DNA from: Propionibacterium ruminifibrarum
Lineage (GTDB): Bacteria; Actinomycetota; Actinomycetes; Propionibacteriales; Propionibacteriaceae
Assembly: GCF_900289195.1 (NCBI RefSeq)
Contig: NZ_OMOH01000003.1
Location: forward strand, 204,641 to 236,640
Direction of reading: 5' to 3'
Length of the DNA stretch: 32,000 nucleotides
A program made the position numbers and the translations under genes. Shown here in pieces: positions 24,815 to 32,000 of the stretch. The notes below the pieces were generated by a model. The model searched no databases, was not told the DNA's origin, and saw only the letters and a program-made list of their open reading frames with translations. Within the stretch, counting starts at the first letter, position 1. Every line of letters starts with the position of its first letter.

Positions 24815-25372
24815 TCACTGCAGGTCGACCTTGTGGTGCTCGTACGGCGTGCCCTTGGCGCGGGCGTACGAGGCGCGGATCTCGGCCTCGGCCTCCTCCC
24901 GGCCGGCCCAGGACGCGCCCTCGACCGACTTACCGGGCTCCAGGTCCTTGTAGACGGTGAAGAAGTGCTCGATCTCGAGCATCACCATCTGCGGGACGTC
25001 ATCCAGGTCGTCCATGTAGTCGCGGCGGCGGTCGGCCGTCGCGATGCACAGCACCTTGTCGTCACCGCCCATCTCGTCCTGCATCTGGAACATGGCGATG
25101 GCACGGCACTCGATGAGACAGCCGGGGAAGGTCGGCTCCGGCACGATCACCATGGCATCGAGCGGGTCACCGTCCTCACCGAGCGTGCCCTCGATGAAGC
25201 CGTAGTCGTACGGGTACTGCGTCGAGGTGAACAGGGTGCGGTCCAGGCGGATGCGACCAGTGTTGTGGTCCATCTCGTACTTGTTCTTCGTGCCACGCGG
25301 GATCTCGACTGTCATGTCGAAGGTCAGGCCGTACTGAGGCAGGCCAGTGGCAATTCGGAAATCATCGGTCAC
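24815..25372 (-). CDS. ppa: Inorganic pyrophosphatase (family I)
   Basis: FDMTVEIPRGTKNKYEMDHNTGRIRLDRTLFTSTQYPYDYGFIEGTLGEDGDPLDAMV is the family I PPase signature. The GTG start at 25372 is preceded by AAGGAC; the N-terminal ~17 aa are extra relative to typical PPases, so the start is uncertain. Confidence 0.88.
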   Translation of the reverse strand: MTDDFRIATGLPQYGLTFDMTVEIPRGTKNKYEMDHNTGRIRLDRTLFTSTQYPYDYGFIEGTLGEDGDPLDAMVIVPEPTFPGCLIECRAIAMFQMQDEMGGDDKVLCIATADRRRDYMDDLDDVPQMVMLEIEHFFTVYKDLEPGKSVEGASWAGREEAEAEIRASYARAKGTPYEHHKVDLQ

Positions 25373-25438
25373 GGCGTTGCGTCCTTATGATGATGAAGTG
25401 GAATCTGAGCCTGACACTACCTGTTTGGGGGCTGCAGA

Positions 25439-26812
25439 GTGAATTCGCGCCAACAACATCCTGGAAGACGGTGGGTGATCCTCGCCGGCGTCGTGGCCGT
25501 CACGCTCGTCACCGCCGGCCTGGGGGCGCGGTTCGGCGCCGGTCCCGCCGGGCTCCTCGTCGAGGACGGCGCCGCCACGGTGTCGCCCGGACTGTACGGC
25601 GCCACTGACGACGGCACCGGTGTCATCGATCCGGCTCTCGGCCCGGGACAGTACGCGTCCCTGTCGGCCGAGGAGGTCTCCGGGGCACTGGCCGGGGCGG
25701 GTCTCGACCCGGCCTGGTCGGTCTCGGTCCGTGACCTGGCGAGCGGCGACGAGGTCTTCGACCAGAACAGCGCGCAGGCCATCATCCCCGCCTCGAACCT
25801 GAAACTCATGACAACGATGGCCCTGCTCGACGCTGCGGGGGCCGGCACCACCTACGAGACGACGGTGGTGGCCGAGTCCGACGGCAGCTATACGCTCGTC
25901 GGCGGCGGCGACCCGCTGCTGGCCAGCACCGAGTCGGCCTACCAGTACGAGGGGGCGAAGCCGGCCACCTCCGCCGAGCTGGCCGAGCGGACGGCACGGG
26001 CCCTCAAGGCCGCCGACGTCACCTCGATCACCCTCAACTACGACGAATCCCTGTTCAGCGGCCCCACCCGTCATCCGGACTGGGCCGAGGGGGACATGGA
26101 GTACGTCAACGACATCTCGGCCCTGACGATCGACCAGGGCGATGACTCGGGGGACTCGGGGGCCTCGGCGGCCACGACCTTCGCCGAGCAGCTCACCGCA
26201 GCCGGCATCACCGTCGAGCCCGACCCGACCCCCCGGACCGCCGGACAGGGCGCGCAGGCCATCGCCCGGGTCGAGTCGCTGCCGCTGGGCCAGATCGCCC
26301 AGGTCTGCCTGCGCCATTCCGACAACTCCATCGCCGAGACCCTGCTACGGCACCTGGCCATCACGGCAGGCCAGCAGCCCACCTTCGACGGGGGCGCCGC
26401 CGCCCTCGAGCAGCGGATGCGTGCGCTGGACGTCTGGTCCGACGCCGACTCGCTGCACGACGGATCCGGTCTGTCGGAGAACAACCGCCTCACCGCCGGC
26501 ACCCTCAGCAAGGTCGTCGCCGTGGCCGCCGGCTCGGACGACATGCGGACCGGGCTCGCCGGCATGCCCGTCGCCGCGGCGACCGGCAGCCTCGAGACCC
26601 GCTACCTCGACTCCTCCTCGTCGGCCGGCGCGGGCCTGGTGCGGGCCAAGACCGGGACACTCGACGTGGCCAGCACACTGACCGGCTACACCCCGACGGC
26701 CGATGGCTCGATCGCCGTGTTCACCATCGTCATCAACGGCGCCGGCACCGAGGCCCGCCCCTACCTCGACACGCTCGCCGCCTCCCTGGCCGCCTGCCGG
26801 TGCGCGGGCTGA
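25439..26812 (+). CDS. dacB: D-alanyl-D-alanine carboxypeptidase/endopeptidase (PBP4, S13 family)
   Basis: An N-terminal TM/signal segment is present. The SxxK motif is PASNLKLMTT and the KTG motif is RAKTGTL. The gene sits at the conserved position between ppa and tilS. Confidence 0.85.
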   Translation: MNSRQQHPGRRWVILAGVVAVTLVTAGLGARFGAGPAGLLVEDGAATVSPGLYGATDDGTGVIDPALGPGQYASLSAEEVSGALAGAGLDPAWSVSVRDLASGDEVFDQNSAQAIIPASNLKLMTTMALLDAAGAGTTYETTVVAESDGSYTLVGGGDPLLASTESAYQYEGAKPATSAELAERTARALKAADVTSITLNYDESLFSGPTRHPDWAEGDMEYVNDISALTIDQGDDSGDSGASAATTFAEQLTAAGITVEPDPTPRTAGQGAQAIARVESLPLGQIAQVCLRHSDNSIAETLLRHLAITAGQQPTFDGGAAALEQRMRALDVWSDADSLHDGSGLSENNRLTAGTLSKVVAVAAGSDDMRTGLAGMPVAAATGSLETRYLDSSSSAGAGLVRAKTGTLDVASTLTGYTPTADGSIAVFTIVINGAGTEARPYLDTLAASLAACRCAG

Positions 26813-26816
26813 CACC

Positions 26817-27863
26817 GTGAGCACCCGTGCCCTCGGCCCGGCGGCCCTGGCCCTGACGCGCGCGCTCGCCGTCGTCGTCGGGAGAGCGCTCGACGATGCC
26901 CGGCGCGTCCGTGTCGCCTGCTCCGGCGGCCCCGACTCCCTCGCCCTCGCCGCCGCCCTCGCCTGGCACGCCAGGCGCGAGCCGGCGCTCATGGCCGAGG
27001 GCCTGGTCGTCGACCACCAGCTGCAGGACGGCTCGGGACCGGTGGCGGCGAGAACCGCCGAGCAGCTGCGCGCACTCGGTCTCGCGGCGTACGTGGTCCC
27101 CGTCGAGGTTCCCCGGGACACCGGCCTGGGTCTTGAGGCCGCCGCCCGCGCCTGCCGCTACGAGGCGCTGCGCGCCCCCGGGCCATCCGGCGTCCGCCCC
27201 GGCGTCGTCCTGCTCGGCCACACCCTGGACGACCAGGCCGAGACCGTCCTGCTCGGCCTGGCACGGGGCTCCGGGACCAGGTCGCTGGCCGGCATGCCGG
27301 CCTCCTTCGGTGCCGACCCGCTCTTCGTGCGTCCCCTGCTCGGGCTGCGCCGCGCCGACACCGCGGCCGCCTGCGCCGAATGGGGCCTCGAGCCCTGGCA
27401 GGACCCGCAGAACGCCGACGTGTCCTACACCCGCGCGCGGGTGCGCCACGAGATCATGCCCCTGCTCGAGGAACGCCTCGGGCCCGGCATCGCCCAGGCC
27501 CTGGCCCGCACCGCGCGCCTGGCCGCCGCCGACGCCGACCTGCTCGATGAACTGGCCGATCGGGCCGGCGCCGAGGTCGCCCGCGACGGCGGACTCGACA
27601 CCTGTGCGCTGGCCGCCCAGCCGCCGGCCCTGCGCGGACGGATCGTACGGACCTGGCTCACGGGGGCCGGGGTCGTCGAGCCGAGTGCCGCCCACACCGC
27701 GGCGGTGCTCGACCTCGTCGAGAGCTGGCACGGGCAGAGGGGCGTCGACCTGCCCGGCCGCGTGCGGGTGGTCCGCGCCGGCGGGCAACTACGCCTCAGC
27801 CGGCCCGGGCAGGAGGCAGGAGCCCAGCCCGGTCGCCCCTGCGACCTGCCCGGGGTGCACTAA
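26817..27863 (+). CDS. tilS: tRNA(Ile)-lysidine synthase
   Basis: The start is chosen at GTG 26817, 4 nt after the dacB stop. The PP-loop VACSGGPDSLALA is present, followed by LLGHTLDDQAETVLLGLARGSG. Confidence 0.85.
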   Translation: MSTRALGPAALALTRALAVVVGRALDDARRVRVACSGGPDSLALAAALAWHARREPALMAEGLVVDHQLQDGSGPVAARTAEQLRALGLAAYVVPVEVPRDTGLGLEAAARACRYEALRAPGPSGVRPGVVLLGHTLDDQAETVLLGLARGSGTRSLAGMPASFGADPLFVRPLLGLRRADTAAACAEWGLEPWQDPQNADVSYTRARVRHEIMPLLEERLGPGIAQALARTARLAAADADLLDELADRAGAEVARDGGLDTCALAAQPPALRGRIVRTWLTGAGVVEPSAAHTAAVLDLVESWHGQRGVDLPGRVRVVRAGGQLRLSRPGQEAGAQPGRPCDLPGVH

Positions 27864-27873
27864 CCTTGGCCAC

Positions 27874-28428
27874 GTGGATGCAGCCGATATCAGCGCAGAC
27901 CTGAAGCACGTGCTCTACACGGCCGACCAGATCGATGCGCGCGTCAAGGAACTCGCCGCTCAGATCGACGCCGACTACGAGGGCAGGAAACCACTTCTCG
28001 TGGGCGTCCTCAACGGTGCGATGATCGTCATGTCCGACCTGTGCCGGGCCATGCACGGGCATGTCGAGGTCGACTGGATGGCCATCAGCTCCTACGGCTC
28101 CGGCACGCACAGCTCCGGCGTGGTGCGGATCCTCAAGGACCTCACCAGCGACATCGCCGGGCGTCACGTCCTGGTGGTCGAGGACATCATCGACACCGGC
28201 CTGACGCTCAGCTACCTCGTGCACAATCTCGCCACTCGCGGCGCGGCCAGCATCAAGGTGGCCACCATGTTCCGCAAGCCCGAGGCGGTTCACGCGCCGG
28301 TCGAGGTCAGCTACGTCGGCTTCGACCTGCCCGACGAGTTCGTCGTCGGCTACGGCCTCGACTACGACGGGCGTTACCGGAACCTGCGTGACGTCGCCAC
28401 CCTCGAGCCCCACGTCTACCACCACTGA
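27874..28428 (+). CDS. hpt: Hypoxanthine(-guanine) phosphoribosyltransferase
   Basis: The start is the in-frame GTG 27874 ([31 protein letters not shown]...). The PRPP-binding motif is [15 protein letters not shown]. The long 510-aa ORF-track entry is an upstream read-through in tilS territory. Confidence 0.9.
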   Translation: MDAADISADLKHVLYTADQIDARVKELAAQIDADYEGRKPLLVGVLNGAMIVMSDLCRAMHGHVEVDWMAISSYGSGTHSSGVVRILKDLTSDIAGRHVLVVEDIIDTGLTLSYLVHNLATRGAASIKVATMFRKPEAVHAPVEVSYVGFDLPDEFVVGYGLDYDGRYRNLRDVATLEPHVYHH

Positions 28429-28459
28429 CGTCCAGGCGCCCGCCGAGGAAGGTGATCCG

Positions 28460-29089
28460 GTGACCGAGAACGAGCCCCACGAGACAGACAACACGCCGTA
28501 CGCGGTCCCCGGCGGGCGGCTCGCGCCCGGTTTCGACGGCGCCCGCATTGAGGCCGCCGTCCGCGAGCTGCTCATCGGCATCGGCGAGGACCCCGACCGC
28601 GATGGCCTGCGTGACACGCCGGCCCGTGTCGCCCGCGCCTACGCCGAGGTCTTCAGCGGTATCGGCCAGGACCCCGGCGATGTGCTCGCACGCACCTTCG
28701 ACATCAGCCACGAGGAGATGATCCTCGTCCGCGACATCGAGGTCTACAGCACCTGCGAGCACCACCTCATGCCCTTCCACGGCGTCGCCCACGTCTGCTA
28801 CATCCCTCCCCGGGACGGCCGCGTCACCGGGCTGTCGAAGATCGCCCGCCTGGTCGAGATCTACGCCCGCCGCCCGCAGGTGCAGGAGCGACTGACGGGG
28901 CAGATCGCCGACGCCCTCATGGGCTCCCTGCACGCCCGTGGCGCGCTCGTCGTCATCGACTGCGAGCACCTGTGCATGACGATGCGCGGCGTGCACAAAC
29001 CGGGCGCCCGCACCCTCACCTCGGCCGTCCGCGGCCTGCTGCGCGACCCCGCGACACGCGCCGAGGCCATGAGCCTCATCAACGCCTGA
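28460..29089 (+). CDS. folE: GTP cyclohydrolase I
   Basis: [31 protein letters not shown]..., [21 protein letters not shown] and RPQVQERLT are FolE signatures. The start is set at GTG 28460, after GAGGAAGG. The alternative GTG 28388 would overlap hpt by 41 nt. Confidence 0.88.
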   Translation: MTENEPHETDNTPYAVPGGRLAPGFDGARIEAAVRELLIGIGEDPDRDGLRDTPARVARAYAEVFSGIGQDPGDVLARTFDISHEEMILVRDIEVYSTCEHHLMPFHGVAHVCYIPPRDGRVTGLSKIARLVEIYARRPQVQERLTGQIADALMGSLHARGALVVIDCEHLCMTMRGVHKPGARTLTSAVRGLLRDPATRAEAMSLINA

Positions 29090-29191
29090 CCGGACGGGCT
29101 CCCGGACGGCGTCGACGAGGCATCCTGATCGGTTCCTGTGAGAAGTGCGGTACACCGAAGATGGTGTCGCGCGGCCTCTACACTTCCCCTC

Positions 29192-30007
29192 ATGAGTCAC
29201 ACCTCGGTCATGGGCATCATCAATGTCACTCCCGACTCGTTCAGTGACGGAGGCATGTGGCCGGACGCGCACGCCGGGGTCGGGCACGGGCTCGAGCTCA
29301 TCGCCCAGGGCGCCGCAATCCTCGACGTGGGCGGCGAGTCCACGCGGCCCGGGGCCGAACGGGTCAGCGAGGCCGAGGAGCTGGCGCGTGTCGTCCCGGT
29401 GATCGAGGGACTGCGGGTCCCGGCCACGGCGACCGGCGTTCAGCTCAGCGTCGACACGATGCGGGCCTCGGTGGCCCGGGCGGCGGTGCAGGCGGGCGCG
29501 ACGATCGTCAACGACGTCTCCGGGGGGCTGGCCGACGAGGCGATGCTCGACACCGTCGCGAACCTGGGCGTCGACTACGTCTGCCAGCACTGGCGGGGCT
29601 TCGGCCAGGAGATGGACGCCGCGGCGGAGTACGACGACGTCGTCGCCGAGGTGCGCGACGAACTCCAGGCCCGATGCCAGGCCGCGGTGGATGCCGGCAT
29701 CGCGCCGGAACGCATCATCGCAGACCCCGGCCTGGGTTTCGCCAAGACGGCCGGTCACGACTGGCAGATTCTCGCCCACCTCGAGGTGTTCACCGGGCTG
29801 GGCCACAGGGTGCTCATCGGCGCCAGCCGCAAGCGTTTCCTGGGGAATCTGCTCAGGGGCCGCCCGGCCACCGAGCGTGATGCGGCGACCACCGCCGTTT
29901 CGGGATGGTGCTGCGCGCACGGGGTCTGGGCCGTCCGCACCCACGAGGTGCGTTCACAGGTGGACGCGATCACCGTCATCGAGCATCTTCTCGCCCTGGC
30001 GAATTGA
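29192..30007 (+). CDS. folP: Dihydropteroate synthase
   Basis: MSHTSVMGIINVTPDSFSDGG..., ILDVGGESTRPGA and IVNDVSGG are the DHPS signatures. The start is ATG 29192. Confidence 0.9.
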   Translation: MSHTSVMGIINVTPDSFSDGGMWPDAHAGVGHGLELIAQGAAILDVGGESTRPGAERVSEAEELARVVPVIEGLRVPATATGVQLSVDTMRASVARAAVQAGATIVNDVSGGLADEAMLDTVANLGVDYVCQHWRGFGQEMDAAAEYDDVVAEVRDELQARCQAAVDAGIAPERIIADPGLGFAKTAGHDWQILAHLEVFTGLGHRVLIGASRKRFLGNLLRGRPATERDAATTAVSGWCCAHGVWAVRTHEVRSQVDAITVIEHLLALAN

Positions 30008-30143
30008 CCGCCGATTCCCGGGCGCGGCAGCCGGTTGCGTCGGCACGACCGGACCGGCCGAAATGGCGGCACGCGGAATCGGCTGCCGGCCACAATTGCG
30101 TGCATCTGGAACAATGACATACCGAATGGCCGTCGGAGGGCTG

Positions 30144-30548
30144 ATGGTGGAGGGGACACTGGGAAATCCCGGCCCGGGCCGGGTGCAGATCGTGTTGACC
30201 GGTCTACACGTCATGGCACGGCACGGGGTACTGCCCGAGGAATGGGTCGACGAGCAGCCCTTCGTCGTCGATGTCGAAGCGATCGTCGACGAGCCGGATG
30301 CCGACGATCTGTCCCGGACCGTCAGCTACGCCGACATCGCTCAGCTGGCGGTGCGGCAGTTCGAGGCCGGGCACGTCAATCTCATCGAGACGCTCGCCGC
30401 CCGCATTTGCGATGCCTGTCTGGGGCTGCCTGGAATACACGCGGTGGCAGTGCGCGTCCACAAACCCCGGGCGCCCATCGGAGTGCCTTTCCACGACGTC
30501 TCGGTGACCGCCGTCAGGTCCGCCGGTCGTGACGGATCGCCGGCATGA
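30144..30548 (+). CDS. folB: Dihydroneopterin aldolase
   Basis: ...RVQIVLTGLHVMARHGVLPEEWVDEQPFVVDVE...NLIETLAARICD...VAVRVHKPRAPI fits FolB. ATG 30144 follows GGAGG; alternative in-frame ATGs lie at 30114 and 30126. The stop overlaps the folK ATG. Confidence 0.8.
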   Translation: MVEGTLGNPGPGRVQIVLTGLHVMARHGVLPEEWVDEQPFVVDVEAIVDEPDADDLSRTVSYADIAQLAVRQFEAGHVNLIETLAARICDACLGLPGIHAVAVRVHKPRAPIGVPFHDVSVTAVRSAGRDGSPA

Positions 30549-31123
30549 ACCGGGTCGGGGACCGTGCCCGTGGGACTCGAACGCGACACGTGGTGTTCAG
30601 CCTGGGATCCAACATGGGCGATCCGCTGGATTATCTACGGGCCGGTGTTCACGAACTCGCCGCCACGCCGGGAATCACATCGACACGCGTCTCATCGGTG
30701 TATCGCACCAGGCCCGTGGGCAACACGGCCCAGGACGATTTCCTCAACATCGTCGTCACGGCCGATTCGAGGCTGGGCCCGCTCGACCTTCTCGACCGGG
30801 TCAACGCCATCGAGGATGCGCATGGGCGGCGCCGCGACCCGGACAACCCGCACGGCCCACGCACTCTCGACATCGACTTGGTCGTGGTCGGTGAATGCAC
30901 CAGCGACACGAGGCGGCTGCACCTGCCACATCCACGTGCCGGCGAGCGTGCCTTCGTTCTCGTCCCATGGGCAGAACTCGAACCGGACGCCGTCCTCCCG
31001 GACGGCAGAATTGCCGACCTGCTGAGCGCCATGGACCTCTCCGGTGTCGAACTCACCGGCTACCGGGTTTCGACTGGCCGGGCACCAGGAGCAACGGACG
31101 CCGGTCCCCTCATCATTCCCTGA
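30545..31123 (+). CDS. folK: 2-amino-4-hydroxy-6-hydroxymethyldihydropteridine diphosphokinase (HPPK)
   Basis: VVFSLGSNMGDPLDYLRAGV..., RTLDIDLV and LHLPHPRAGERAFVLVPWAEL are HPPK motifs. The start overlaps folB through ATGA. Confidence 0.88.
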   Translation: MNRVGDRARGTRTRHVVFSLGSNMGDPLDYLRAGVHELAATPGITSTRVSSVYRTRPVGNTAQDDFLNIVVTADSRLGPLDLLDRVNAIEDAHGRRRDPDNPHGPRTLDIDLVVVGECTSDTRRLHLPHPRAGERAFVLVPWAELEPDAVLPDGRIADLLSAMDLSGVELTGYRVSTGRAPGATDAGPLIIP

Positions 31124-31273
31124 TGCCGTGCCGGGCGGCGTTTTCTGGTTGCCCGAATCCAGTTTTTGGGGCGAGTTTTTGGCTTTGCCGCGTCGTGTTG
31201 GTTATATTGACTTCGTCAGATGAAGAACAAGCGGGCGCCGACATGGTGCGGTGCTCTTGACGAGGAGGAAATG

Positions 31274-31600
31274 ATGGCGCGCAAGGTGCAGGTGATCCTC
31301 ACCGACGACGTTGATGGCAGCGAGGCCGCCGAGACCGTGAATTTCGGTCTCGATGGGGTCAGCTACGAAATCGATCTCTCCGATGAGAATGCCGCGAGGC
31401 TGCGCGATCAGCTCGCTCACTGGGTGGGGAATGCCCGCCGTACCGGTGGTCGTCGCAGCACCGGTCGTCGTTCCGGGAGCGGCGGCACGAGCAATGCGGC
31501 CAAGATTCGGCAGTGGGCGCAGGAGAATGGCCACGAGGTCCCCCCGCGCGGTCGTATTCCCAATGAGGTGCGCCAGGCCTACGAGGCTGCGCAGCACTGA
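31274..31600 (+). CDS. lsr2: Lsr2 nucleoid-associated protein (H-NS-like xenogeneic silencer)
   Basis: MARKVQVILTDDVDGSEAAETVNFGLDGVSYEIDLSDENAARLRDQLAHWV..., AAKIRQWAQENGHEVPPRGRIPNEVRQAYEAA contains the C-terminal RGR AT-hook-like DNA-binding motif. ATG 31274 has better spacing from GAGGAGG than ATG 31271. Confidence 0.9.
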   Translation: MARKVQVILTDDVDGSEAAETVNFGLDGVSYEIDLSDENAARLRDQLAHWVGNARRTGGRRSTGRRSGSGGTSNAAKIRQWAQENGHEVPPRGRIPNEVRQAYEAAQH

Positions 31601-31655
31601 CCCGATGCTTGAGCTCGCGGCGGCCGGCCTGGTCCAGACGCCGCGAGGCTGAACG

Positions 31656-31688
31656 GATGGGGCGGGGAGCTGGTCTCCTCGCCCCATC
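31656..31688 (+). terminator. Hairpin, probable lsr2 terminator
   Basis: GATGGGGCGGGGAG-n5-CTCCTCGCCCCATC forms a stem of about 14 bp with one mismatch, 56 nt after the lsr2 stop. Confidence 0.5.
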
Positions 31689-31885
31689 GTCGTGTCAGCC
31701 GCCGGCGCCGGCGTCCTCCTTGCCGGGTCTGCGCCCGGTGCACGCCTTGTGCCTGGGGCGAACAGGCGGAACATTGGGCGTTGGGTGGGGGTTTGTATGA
31801 TGAAACTTGAGCGTACCCGACTCAGGCCACCAGGTCGGGGTCGGGCGCTCATGGAGGATCCGTACGGGTCTGCTGAAGGAGACCA

Positions 31886-32000
31886 ATGTTTGAGCGCTTT
31901 ACCGATCGGGCACGCCGAGTCATCGTGCTCGCTCAAGACGAAGCGAAGATGCTTAACCACAACTACATCGGCACCGAGCACATCCTGCTGGGCCTGATCC
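31886..32000 (+). CDS. clpC: ATP-dependent Clp protease ATP-binding subunit ClpC, 3'-truncated by the window edge
   Basis: [38 protein letters not shown] is the canonical ClpC N-terminal (Clp_N) sequence. A GAAGGAG RBS precedes the start, and the gene is adjacent to lsr2 as in other actinobacteria. Confidence 0.92.
   Translation, partial: MFERFTDRARRVIVLAQDEAKMLNHNYIGTEHILLGLI

Noticed and set aside
23603-25390. 595-aa ORF on the plus strand
   Set aside because: It is antisense to the methyltransferase and ppa, and ppa is unambiguous. There is no motif content.
26896-27873. Upstream part of the 510-aa ORF that ends as hpt
   Set aside because: This part overlaps tilS out of frame and is Pro/Ala/Arg-rich. 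Only the last 184 codons, from GTG 27874, look like HPRT.
28307-29944. 545-aa ORF on the minus strand
   Set aside because: It is antisense to folE and folP, both of which have canonical signatures.
1-32000. CRISPR arrays, transposases or IS elements, phage genes, and multi-gene defence systems
   Set aside because: I looked for regularly spaced direct repeats, terminal inverted repeats and DDE, integrase, nuclease or helicase-like ORFs on both strands. None was found. The only repeats are the short operator-like motifs listed above.

Overview
High-GC actinobacterial chromosomal segment, by eye about two-thirds or more G+C; no composition was computed. I call about 35 protein genes and one tRNA-Thr, nearly all supported by recognisable motifs in the supplied translations.

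Left to right:
- A 5'-truncated PSP1/RicT-like gene, a lipoprotein TAP-type alpha/beta hydrolase, and tRNA-Thr(CGT).
- An LPXTG-anchored NlpC/P60-like surface protein.
- A minus-strand, translationally coupled galK / UDPGP-family pyrophosphorylase / aldose-1-epimerase / LacI operon. It is divergent from an SGLT-like Na+:sugar symporter plus a small 2-TM protein, with two LacI-type operators in between.
- A yefM-yoeB toxin-antitoxin pair with TGTACA operator hexamers.
- A NADAR-domain protein, a Maa-like acetyltransferase and a NUDIX hydrolase.
- An APC amino-acid permease and a putrescine-oxidase-like flavin amine oxidase.
- A Gfo/Idh/MocA oxidoreductase and a xylose-isomerase-like TIM-barrel cassette, with tandem palindromic operators and a convergent LacI regulator.
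- amtB-glnK.
- A membrane-anchored beta-lactamase-fold protein that appears to lack its catalytic Ser and Lys.
- A SixA-like phosphatase and a DPPY-type methyltransferase.
- The conserved actinobacterial block ppa / dacB-tilS-hpt-folE-folP-folB-folK-lsr2-clpC, right edge truncated.

I found no CRISPR array, transposase, integrase or recognisable multi-gene defence system. The only toxin-type module is yefM-yoeB.

The items most worth follow-up are modest:
- A galT-less galactose operon in which a UDPGP-family enzyme sits where galT normally is.
- The oxidoreductase and TIM-barrel cassette with twin perfect palindromes.
- The degenerate beta-lactamase-like membrane protein.
- The absence of ftsH between hpt and folE.

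Many long ORFs in the six-frame track are antisense or off-frame shadows typical of high-GC DNA and were rejected.
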